From: Candidatus Rifleibacterium amylolyticum
GTDB taxonomy: Bacteria > Muiribacteriota > Ozemobacteria > Ozemobacterales > Ozemobacteraceae
DNA length: 64,000 nucleotides
Direction of reading: 5' to 3'
Assembly: GCA_009917695.1 (NCBI GenBank)
Contig: JAACJG010000011.1
Span: forward strand, 28,997-92,996
The stretch's first letter is position 1. Each line of letters begins with the position of its first letter. Shown here one piece after another: positions 40,704 to 48,369 of this stretch. The notes beneath the pieces were generated by a model. That model saw nothing but the letters and a program-made list of their open reading frames with translations. It ran no database searches and was not told where the DNA came from. The position numbers and the translations under genes were made by a program.

Positions 40704-40906
40704 CGATAATATTTTCCACTCGCGGCAGATGTTATGTAAACCATGAGCAGATAATCTGCTGATATTGCAAAAAAAATCAATTTGCCAGTAGAAATATTTG
40801 AACATTCGTGATAAAATAAGTTTTCCCACAGTATCTCAGCCCTTATCTGTTACGCGGTTTAACCTCGAAAACCTTGATTACACTCAAAACTGGGAGTAAA
40901 GAACAA

Positions 40907-41218
40907 ATGTACGCGATTATCGAACTCGGTGGAAAGCAGTATAACGTCGAGAAAGGCACCCGCCTGCGCTGCGAAAAACTCGACCAGCAGCCCAATGAAA
41001 CCTTTGCTGTTGACAAGGTTCTCATGGTCAAAAATGGCGAAGACGTCAAAATCGGCAACCCCTACGTCAGCGGCGCTGAAGTAAAGGTTAAAGTCGTTGG
41101 TCATGCCCGCGCCAAGAAAATTGTCGTGCTCAAATACAAGAGCAAGAGCAATTATCGCCGCAAATCCGGACATCGCCAGCACTTCACTTCGGTTCTCATC
41201 GAAGATATCAAGTGCTGA
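40907..41218 (+). CDS. rplU: 50S ribosomal protein L21
   Basis: MYAIIELGGKQY N-terminus; GGGAG RBS (ORF track start 40874 is upstream in frame). Confidence 0.95.
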   Translation: MYAIIELGGKQYNVEKGTRLRCEKLDQQPNETFAVDKVLMVKNGEDVKIGNPYVSGAEVKVKVVGHARAKKIVVLKYKSKSNYRRKSGHRQHFTSVLIEDIKC

Positions 41219-41527
41219 ATGATTCTCGTCGACTTCACTGAAGACGACAAGGGTGTCAGCCTTAAAGTCAGCGGCCATTCCGGCCACTCCGACAAGGGAA
41301 AAGACATCGTCTGTGCAGCGGTCTCGGCACTGATACAGACATTCGCAGGTGGAGTCGAAGGCGAACTGAAAGCGGTTCTGGGTGGCAATCTCGATGCAGG
41401 CAACTGCAACATACGGGTAGAAGTCACAAAGAACAGGCTGCAGGAGCTCAAATCGGTTTATAAAGTATTTAAATTCGGGTTCCGTAAGATTGCAGAATCT
41501 TACCCGGAACAGGTTAAATTGAATTAA
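41219..41527 (+). CDS. prp: ribosomal-processing cysteine protease Prp (DUF464)
   Basis: between rplU and rpmA; GHSGHS...DIVCAAVSA matches Prp catalytic His/Cys context. Confidence 0.8.
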   Translation: MILVDFTEDDKGVSLKVSGHSGHSDKGKDIVCAAVSALIQTFAGGVEGELKAVLGGNLDAGNCNIRVEVTKNRLQELKSVYKVFKFGFRKIAESYPEQVKLN

Positions 41528-41548
41528 TCACCTAAGGGGGATTCAGGA

Positions 41549-41818
41549 ATGGCTCATAAGAAAGGACAAGGCTCAACCACCAACGGTCGAGACAGTAATG
41601 CGCAACGCCTGGGCGTTAAGAAATATGACGGTGAAGTCGTAAAAGCCGGCAACATCATCATCCGCCAGAACGGCACTCCGATTCATCCCGGCCTCAACGT
41701 CGGCAAGGGCAAAGACGACACTCTGTTCGCCCTCACCGAAGGCAAAGTAAAGTTTGGCTGGCGCAAGGGCAAGCATTGCGTAAGCGTTCTGCCGCAGACT
41801 GCTGAAGCCGTTAACTGA
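41549..41818 (+). CDS. rpmA: 50S ribosomal protein L27 (no N-terminal propeptide)
   Basis: [16 protein letters not shown]; in-frame stop TAA 24 nt upstream of ATG; AAGGGGG RBS. Confidence 0.95.
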   Translation: MAHKKGQGSTTNGRDSNAQRLGVKKYDGEVVKAGNIIIRQNGTPIHPGLNVGKGKDDTLFALTEGKVKFGWRKGKHCVSVLPQTAEAVN

Positions 41819-41838
41819 CCTTTTTTCATCAGTTTAAA

Positions 41839-41866
41839 AGAGCCGCCCACGAGGCGGTTTTTTTAT
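41839..41866. terminator. bidirectional intrinsic terminator between rpmA (+) and the neuC-like gene (-)
   Basis: GCCGCC-cacga-GGCGG hairpin flanked by A-tract upstream and TTTTTTTAT downstream. Confidence 0.6.
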
Positions 41867-43059
41867 TTGCCCTGAATGCGTTTTTTCGGCTGCGGCAGGT
41901 CGTAAAACTGTTTTTCGCTGCTGATGCAGCTCAAATCGTAATCAGCGATAATGCCGGCAATCTTGCGCGCCACGTCACGCCCTTCATAGGGGTTGGGAAG
42001 CTGCCCGCATTTTTCGCGCCAGGCCGGGGCCAGCAGCTTTTTGAGAGCTTTTCTGATAGAGGCTTCAGCAAACGTGGCGGTGACGACCGCCTTGCTGCAG
42101 GGTCGCCCACTTTGCCGGTTGCCCAGGTTGAGAACCGGTATGTTGAGTGATGGCAGCTCAATAATACCGCTTGAGGAATTGCCAATTACACAGCGCGCCA
42201 GTCTGGCAGCCGACAGATAGCGCAGGCGGCCAAGATTGCGATGAAAGCTGATAACATCAGGCTTGCTTTTCGCGGCTTCGGCCAGATAATCATTGATTTC
42301 GCCGCCTTCGGGATCGGCGTTGGCACCGGTGAAAACCAGCCTGGTATCAGGATATTCCTTGAGCAGAACATGCAATAGTCGAAGCATTCCTTCTCTAACT
42401 GAGCCATGGTTACAGGTCTCAGGGTGCAGTGTAATCAGAAAGAAATTATCGAGCCTTTGTTCGAGCTCTTTTTCGAGCTCTTTTTTTGAGATGAATGCCG
42501 TCTGGTCGAGATCGGCAAGCGCGAGTTCGCCCGTGTTAAATACGCGTTCGGGTTGTTCGCCGAGTTGAATGACACGCTGCCTGAACTCTTCGGTAGCGGT
42601 AAAATGCAGGTCGCTGAGCTTGGTCAGGCAGTGACGTAGAGTATCGTCAAAAGCGCCGCGGGTTATTTCACCACCTGAGATGTGGGCACTTCTGATGCCG
42701 AGAAGCCGGCAGACTGTCGCCACCGCGTATATCTCGAACCGATCGCCATAATAGACGACCAGATCAGGTTTTTCGTCTGCAAAAAACGCTGCGAATCTTT
42801 CGATTGCTGCCGCCATCGACGCGAACATCAGTTCATTATCAGGCCGCGATCTGTCGTCAGGTGTTATGTAAACCTTGGCAAAAGTATCGCCAATATCAGC
42901 TTCGATTTCTTTGGCCGAAAACCCGCTGTTGGCATGTAAATGGGCGCCAGTTACGACGAGACGCACGGCCACGCCAAGATGCTGCAGCTCTTTATAAAGA
43001 GGCCGCAAAATCCCCCACTCTGCTCGTGAACCTGTAACAATGAAGACTCTTTTGTTCAT
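41863..43059 (-). CDS. UDP-N-acetylglucosamine 2-epimerase, hydrolysing type (NeuC-like)
   Basis: N-terminus VFIVTGSRAEWGIL matches NeuC TGSRAEYG signature; ~398 aa. Confidence 0.7.
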   Translation of the reverse strand: MNKRVFIVTGSRAEWGILRPLYKELQHLGVAVRLVVTGAHLHANSGFSAKEIEADIGDTFAKVYITPDDRSRPDNELMFASMAAAIERFAAFFADEKPDLVVYYGDRFEIYAVATVCRLLGIRSAHISGGEITRGAFDDTLRHCLTKLSDLHFTATEEFRQRVIQLGEQPERVFNTGELALADLDQTAFISKKELEKELEQRLDNFFLITLHPETCNHGSVREGMLRLLHVLLKEYPDTRLVFTGANADPEGGEINDYLAEAAKSKPDVISFHRNLGRLRYLSAARLARCVIGNSSSGIIELPSLNIPVLNLGNRQSGRPCSKAVVTATFAEASIRKALKKLLAPAWREKCGQLPNPYEGRDVARKIAGIIADYDLSCISSEKQFYDLPQPKKRIQGK

Positions 43060-43198
43060 AAGCTGATTCTAATTGCACCTGTCGCTCTGCGCAAGCAAAA
43101 GGTTCAAGTTTCGGCTTGAAACAGCCGGTAAAGTATTTTCAGGCTGTTGCCGATATACTTATTAGAGACTTTATATTTTACGCAGGAGGTGCCTTCAT

Positions 43199-43348
43199 AT
43201 GTGTGCTCAGGAACTCGTGGCGCTGTTTCGCTTCTCTGGTAATAACTGCCCGGCATGCCAGCGTATTGTCAGCCGGTATGAACGCACCCTGAATCTGACC
43301 GACGAAGATATGGAGCACCTCGAAAAGTGCATTCTCAGTCGCTCCTGA
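43199..43348 (+). CDS. small Cys-rich protein (49 aa, CxxC)
   Basis: GGAGGTG RBS 6 nt upstream of ATG; MCAQELVALFRFSGNNCPACQRIVSRYERTLNLTDEDMEHLEKCILSRS; followed by a strong hairpin/T-tract. Confidence 0.45.
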   Translation: MCAQELVALFRFSGNNCPACQRIVSRYERTLNLTDEDMEHLEKCILSRS

Positions 43349-43363
43349 AGTAGTTCAGCAAAG

Positions 43364-43396
43364 GGGCTGCCGCAATCAGAGCGGCAGCCCTTTTTT
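43364..43396 (+). terminator. intrinsic terminator for the small ORF; hairpin overlaps the 3' end of the convergent dihydropyrimidinase gene
   Basis: GGGCTGCCGC-aatcaga-GCGGCAGCCC then TTTTTT. Confidence 0.65.
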
Positions 43397-44776
43397 CATG
43401 AAAAATTCAGGGTCGGCGGCATGGCGCGAAACGAAGCGTCCCCCACCCTTCTCGCCCTGCCAGCCTTTCTCATGGCTGTAAATGATTTTGCCGCGCAGAA
43501 TAGTCATTTCGTTGCAACCACGGCAATGCAGTCCCTCATAGGGGGAATAATCGGTTTTCATATGCAGGGCGGCCGCGGTTATCTCAAGGTTACAATCTGG
43601 ATTGTATACCATGATGTCGGCATCGGTTCCTGGCACCAGGCTGCCTTTACGCGGGTACAGGCCAAAAATTCGGGCCGGATTTTCTGAAATAGCCTTAACT
43701 GCTTGTTGCAGCGATATCTTTTCGGAATGAACGCCGTTTAAAACGAGCAAAGGCAGGGTTTCAATGCCAGGCAGGCCCATAGGCAGGCTGGTGGTGCGAT
43801 TTTCCCAGGTGTTTTTGTCGGCTGTGGTAAATGGGCAATGATCAGTAGCGACGACAGCCAGGTCATTGGCGGCAAAGCGCTGCCAGAGAAGCTGCTGTTG
43901 AGTCAGCGGCCTGATCGGCGGGCAACAGCCGAAGAAATGTCCGGTTGGCCCGGCAAGTTGACGATCGTCGAGGTATAGATATTGCGGGCAGGTCTCACCA
44001 GCGATATGGGCGCCGCGCTGGCGTTCACAGCCGATAATCTGCGCGCCCTCGCCACTCGAAACATGAACCACATAAACTTTACAGCCGGTATATCGTGAGA
44101 AATCAGCCAGGCGGCGTATTGCTTCGGTCTCACTGAATACTGGTCTGGTGTTTGGCAGGCTTTCGATGCCAAGATTGCCGCCGGCAGCAGCCTGGTCTGT
44201 GAGATAATCTACCAGCTCACCATTTTCGGCGTGTACCGTTACCAGAATGCCGTTGTCGCGGCAGGTATTGAGAATTCTCAGCAGGCTGACGTCATTCTGC
44301 ATCAATCCAGAGCGACCGTATGCCATGAAGATTTTAAGACTGGTCACACCATGTTCAGCCAGTTTTGGCAGCTGTTCGATCACCTGTTCTGAATAGCGGC
44401 CAATACAGGCATGCAGCGAGTAGTCTATGGCAACCAGTCCGTCTGCTTCTTCCCTTCGTCGTTTCAGGCTTTCCAGAACCCCCTCTTCGCCCTTCTGAGC
44501 GGTGAAGTCTATGAAGGTCGTCACGCCGCCACAGGCTCCGGCAACGCTGCCCGAATAAAAGTCGTCAGCCGAGACGGCTCCGGCAAAAGGCAGTGAAAAG
44601 TGTGTGTGAACGTCTACGGCACCAGGTAGAATCCAGCGACCAGAGACATCGATTTCGTTTTTTCCTTTAAGATTATTGCCGATGGCTGCCACCTGCTCGC
44701 CGGCAATTGCCAGATCTGCCTGCACCAGAGCGTCATTCCAGAACACCTGACCGTTTTTCAGAACAAGTTCAAACAT
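43376..44776 (-). CDS. dihydropyrimidinase/D-hydantoinase family cyclic amidohydrolase
   Basis: start MFELVLKNGQV with AGGAAG RBS (ORF track starts upstream at 44833); ILPGAVDVHTHFSLPFAG...SADDFYSGSVAGACGGVTTFIDF matches the dihydropyrimidinase signature. Confidence 0.8.
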   Translation of the reverse strand: MFELVLKNGQVFWNDALVQADLAIAGEQVAAIGNNLKGKNEIDVSGRWILPGAVDVHTHFSLPFAGAVSADDFYSGSVAGACGGVTTFIDFTAQKGEEGVLESLKRRREEADGLVAIDYSLHACIGRYSEQVIEQLPKLAEHGVTSLKIFMAYGRSGLMQNDVSLLRILNTCRDNGILVTVHAENGELVDYLTDQAAAGGNLGIESLPNTRPVFSETEAIRRLADFSRYTGCKVYVVHVSSGEGAQIIGCERQRGAHIAGETCPQYLYLDDRQLAGPTGHFFGCCPPIRPLTQQQLLWQRFAANDLAVVATDHCPFTTADKNTWENRTTSLPMGLPGIETLPLLVLNGVHSEKISLQQAVKAISENPARIFGLYPRKGSLVPGTDADIMVYNPDCNLEITAAALHMKTDYSPYEGLHCRGCNEMTILRGKIIYSHEKGWQGEKGGGRFVSRHAADPEFFMKKGLPL

Positions 44777-45057
44777 AATGCTTCCTGTTAAATGTTTAAT
44801 AATTTCAGATATCTGCCGAAAAAGATAACGCAAAACATCTAACTGGGGGTAGAAATTTTGAATTTTAATTCATTAGTGGCGGGTTTTCTTGGAGGATTGG
44901 TCTGTAGCACTGTTCTGTTTGTATGCAGTCGGGCATGGCTGCTTCATAAGCTGATTAAACGCGAGAAATTGCAGGACCTGTCTTATTTCGGACGCAACGC
45001 GCCGCTCAAAAAGCGGCATTAAGAGCCTTATTACGACAATTTGAGATGTTTTGCACT

Positions 45058-45081
45058 TCCGGCATCGCCGGATTTTTTTTT
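45058..45081 (+). terminator. intrinsic terminator (TCCGGC-atc-GCCGGA + T9)
   Basis: 6-bp GC stem followed by nine T residues; a second hairpin follows (GCCGGTT...AACCGGTT). Confidence 0.6.
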
Positions 45082-45126
45082 GCCGGTTTAACCTGCAACC
45101 GGTTTATGTTATTTTACTGACTGACT

Positions 45127-46545
45127 ATGGACGCACACGAAAAGAAGATTTTAGAATACAAGCGCAGGATCATTTCGCTCATGCGCAGCCGGGAGCATTC
45201 TTCTGCTCTCAAGCTTTACCACAAGTCGTTCTCGGCTGAATGTCCGGCCGATCCGGAATTTCTCGACAGTTTCTATATTGAGCTCAACAAGGTCAACATG
45301 CATGAGGTGGCTTACGAGATTCTCAAAGAAGCTGTAAACTGGCATCCTGATAATGATCAGGTCGAAGAACTGTACAAGAACGCCACCGGCATCTACTATG
45401 ACAGTCTTGTTTTGCACGGCAATAACCTGCTCTACGAACGCGATGATAAAGAAGCGAAGTTTACCGAGAGCATCAAGAAGGCAGATTCGCTGGCACGCGA
45501 AAAAATGCGGGAAGAGAACGACAAGATTCTCTCGGCGGTCGTACAGAAGGCGATGGCAACCTATCGCAAAGCGCTCGATCTCAGAGATGACAGCATACCG
45601 GCACTTTCTGGGCTCATGCGCTGTCACCAGATTCTTGGCGAAAATGAGATAGTCGAAGAGATCAATTCGCGTATTGAAGAATTGTCGCCAGCTCTGCGGT
45701 CTCGCGAAAAGTCTCGACAGGAACTGGCAAGAGAAGCTGAGCTTGCTGAAGAAGAACGTAAGCGGGAGGCTGCCCGCGAACTGGAACTTGAAGAATCGGC
45801 TGTCAACAACATCAGAAAACTCTTTCAGGACAAAAAGTTTCACGATGTGATCAAACTTGTTGACGAACTGCACCTGTCATATAGAACTACGGTTCCTCTG
45901 TTATTGCTTAAAGCGAAGTCGTTCGCCGAATTGCGGCGATTCAGGGCAGCGGACCAGACGATCAGCGAAGCAGAACATCATAACCGCAACATCAACGAAG
46001 TACTTGAAGTTAAGAACAGTATCAATGAGACCAAATACGGCATACTCTGCAAAGCAGCCGATGTTTATCTGCACAAGGCATTGGAATTGGGTCTGAGCCT
46101 GGGAGAGGGACATTTTCGTCGGGCGCAGAAGTGTATTGGCAAGGCTCTTGAATTTGTTCCAGATAACATCGATCTACTGGATAAACTCTATACCACGCAA
46201 AAATATCTGGGTCAGGTTGAAGACTCTTACAAAACCAAAGCATTGATCTACGTTCTGAACAAGAAATTCGTAACTGCATTTGATCGCGAATCGTCGGCTT
46301 CGCTCTGTTTCATTGCAAGCTTTGCTTATCATGATGAGCCAGACATTGTGAATGAATTCAGATGGTTCAGGCGCGAATTTCTTCTTACTTCGCGGTTTGG
46401 CATGGCCTTGAACTGCTTTTATGTGCGAAACAGTCCGGCGATTACCACAAAAGCAGCGAAGATTGCATTTTCCCGCCGGTTTTTTCGCGCAATCCTTTAT
46501 CCAGTCAGGCTGATAATCGGGATATTACAACATTTTGTTTGCTAA
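45127..46545 (+). CDS. hypothetical protein, TPR-like/coiled-coil with acidic E/K/R-rich segment
   Basis: long ORF; helical repeat-like composition; EEERKREAARELELEE charged stretch. Confidence 0.5.
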   Translation: MDAHEKKILEYKRRIISLMRSREHSSALKLYHKSFSAECPADPEFLDSFYIELNKVNMHEVAYEILKEAVNWHPDNDQVEELYKNATGIYYDSLVLHGNNLLYERDDKEAKFTESIKKADSLAREKMREENDKILSAVVQKAMATYRKALDLRDDSIPALSGLMRCHQILGENEIVEEINSRIEELSPALRSREKSRQELAREAELAEEERKREAARELELEESAVNNIRKLFQDKKFHDVIKLVDELHLSYRTTVPLLLLKAKSFAELRRFRAADQTISEAEHHNRNINEVLEVKNSINETKYGILCKAADVYLHKALELGLSLGEGHFRRAQKCIGKALEFVPDNIDLLDKLYTTQKYLGQVEDSYKTKALIYVLNKKFVTAFDRESSASLCFIASFAYHDEPDIVNEFRWFRREFLLTSRFGMALNCFYVRNSPAITTKAAKIAFSRRFFRAILYPVRLIIGILQHFVC

Positions 46546-46577
46546 ATGACTCTGTCTGATTTATCATTTACAAGCCT

Positions 46578-47792
46578 ATGAACAAAATCTTAACAACTTT
46601 ATTTATAGCTACGTTTCTGTTTTTTTGTGCACCCGTCAATTCTCAATCTCTTGATCAACGAACTATCAGGATTGGCATAAACTCTGACGAAGTTTTCACG
46701 ACTATTCGCATACAGTCTTTCAGCGGGAACTGGAGAGTTGAATTTGGTGGAGCCTCACCTACGCGCGACTTGCTCACAGAGGGTGAAGACTGCACTATAA
46801 TGCTTGTACCCAAAGGCATGGTTGCCCGATTCTCAGATGGTAAAGAATTCGGCCAGGGGTATAACAGCATTACCATATCAGGCGGTGAGTTGCTGAACTT
46901 TGAAATTCCAGACCAGCCACCAGTATTGCTGCAGGGCATTCTGGAAGTAGGCTATAAAGAAACTTCAATTCAGCTGGTCAACAAAATCAGCGTTCATCAG
47001 CATGTGGTATCCAGCGTGTCTAAAATTGGTATTACCAATGAGCCTGAATCACTGAAAGCTCTCTGCGTAATGGCGCGCACGCGCCTTGCCTGGCATCTTG
47101 CCAATCCACAGCACAAAGAAGAGAATTATGACATTTGTGACAAAGACCACTGCTTTCCTTTCTCCGGATGCGGCTACAATCGCGAATTAGTAGATATTCT
47201 CGCCAGCATGACATCAGATCAGACTCTTACATACGGCGGCAAGGTGATTATGCCGCGCTATCACAACACCTGTGGTGGTCGCATATCGTCGGCCAGAGAT
47301 ATTTACGGCGAGGACGAGCCTTATCACCCGTCTCACCCTGATCTCCTCGATGGCAAAGGCTCAGAAAACTGTTTTCACAGCCCAGGATTTCATTGGTCAA
47401 TAGAGCTTCAGAAAGCCGATTTTCTGGATTTTCTTTCGCTGGCTTTTGCCGGTGGCGCTGAAAGAGTCTATACCGGCTGGGAACCAGCAAAAGTTGATGC
47501 TAATGGTCGAATTTATCAGGTAACGCTGCGCGGTCGACTCCCCAAAAGCATCTCAGGAATAGAATTCCATCGTGAGCTGAGTGAATATTTCGGGCCAAAC
47601 GGCATAAAGAGCATGAAATTCACTATGGAACTGCTGCGCCGCACGATAATTTTCAGAGGTATGGGCCAGGGTGAAGGCGTCGGTCTTTGCATTTACGGCG
47701 CGGACGGTCTGGCCAAAAAGTCACAGAAATATCTGGAAATTCTCAAATTTTACTACCCCGGCACGGAAGTAAAAATGAAAGCTGAGAAATAA
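46578..47792 (+). CDS. SpoIID/LytB domain protein
   Basis: signal peptide; LKALCVMARTRLAWHL...YDICDKDHCFPFSGCG matches SpoIID/LytB conserved region. Confidence 0.7.
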   Translation: MNKILTTLFIATFLFFCAPVNSQSLDQRTIRIGINSDEVFTTIRIQSFSGNWRVEFGGASPTRDLLTEGEDCTIMLVPKGMVARFSDGKEFGQGYNSITISGGELLNFEIPDQPPVLLQGILEVGYKETSIQLVNKISVHQHVVSSVSKIGITNEPESLKALCVMARTRLAWHLANPQHKEENYDICDKDHCFPFSGCGYNRELVDILASMTSDQTLTYGGKVIMPRYHNTCGGRISSARDIYGEDEPYHPSHPDLLDGKGSENCFHSPGFHWSIELQKADFLDFLSLAFAGGAERVYTGWEPAKVDANGRIYQVTLRGRLPKSISGIEFHRELSEYFGPNGIKSMKFTMELLRRTIIFRGMGQGEGVGLCIYGADGLAKKSQKYLEILKFYYPGTEVKMKAEK

Positions 47793-47823
47793 AAAAAGCG
47801 CAGAGCTTACTGCGCTTTTTTTA
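47793..47823. terminator. bidirectional intrinsic terminator (AAAAAGCGCAG-agctta-CTGCGCTTTTTTT)
   Basis: perfect 6-bp GC stem flanked by A5 and T8. Confidence 0.8.
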
Positions 47824-47841
47824 TTGTGTTTGCGTCAGTTG

Positions 47842-47910
47842 TCAGAGATCGCCCCCGATTTCGAGAGACAACACAATTGTCAGAACGGTCGCCAGAAATA
47901 AGCCAGTCAT
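47842..47910 (-). CDS. 22-aa hydrophobic peptide (MTGLFLATVLTIVLSLEIGGDL)
   Basis: GGAG RBS 8 nt upstream; minus-strand promoter TTGCCG -17- TATCAT upstream; ends at the bidirectional terminator. Confidence 0.4.
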   Translation of the reverse strand: MTGLFLATVLTIVLSLEIGGDL

Positions 47911-48051
47911 ATTTTTTTCTCCATACTCATGATACAACCTGATTGTAATATCGGCAAAACAGCTGAAAATTTAATCTTTACTGTTTGACAGTAAATCCTG
48001 CTCAATTGCAAAAAGCGGCAATGATAAGTAAACTGATGGCGGAGGCGAGAA

Positions 48052-48369
48052 ATGACTGAATTCAGAGTTTGCCTGGTAACAGTCCCTGATCGTGAGGTTG
48101 CCCGTAGAATAGCCGAAGATATCGTTAAGGCTGAGCTTTGCGCCTGTGTCAACCTTATTTCGGGCATTGAATCTATCTATCACTGGCAGGGCAAAATCGA
48201 ATATGGTGACGAGATACTTCTGCTGATAAAAACCCAACAATCATGTCTCGAAGCTCTCGATGCCAGGATTCGTCTTATTCACCCTTATGAGGTATATGAA
48301 TTTATCGCGATGCCGGTAGATTACGGCAACGACAAATATCTTAAATGGATACATGATTCGACAACCTGA
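48052..48369 (+). CDS. cutA: divalent-cation tolerance protein CutA
   Basis: CutA1 fold motifs (AACVN, SIYHWQG, YEVYEF); GGAGG RBS. Confidence 0.85.
   Translation: MTEFRVCLVTVPDREVARRIAEDIVKAELCACVNLISGIESIYHWQGKIEYGDEILLLIKTQQSCLEALDARIRLIHPYEVYEFIAMPVDYGNDKYLKWIHDSTT

Noticed and set aside
40704-40906. Ribosomal L21 leader / promoter elements upstream of rplU
   Set aside because: Several TTGCAA/TTGCCA/TTGAAC boxes are present, but no unambiguous -35/-10 pair or known L21-leader structure could be assigned by eye
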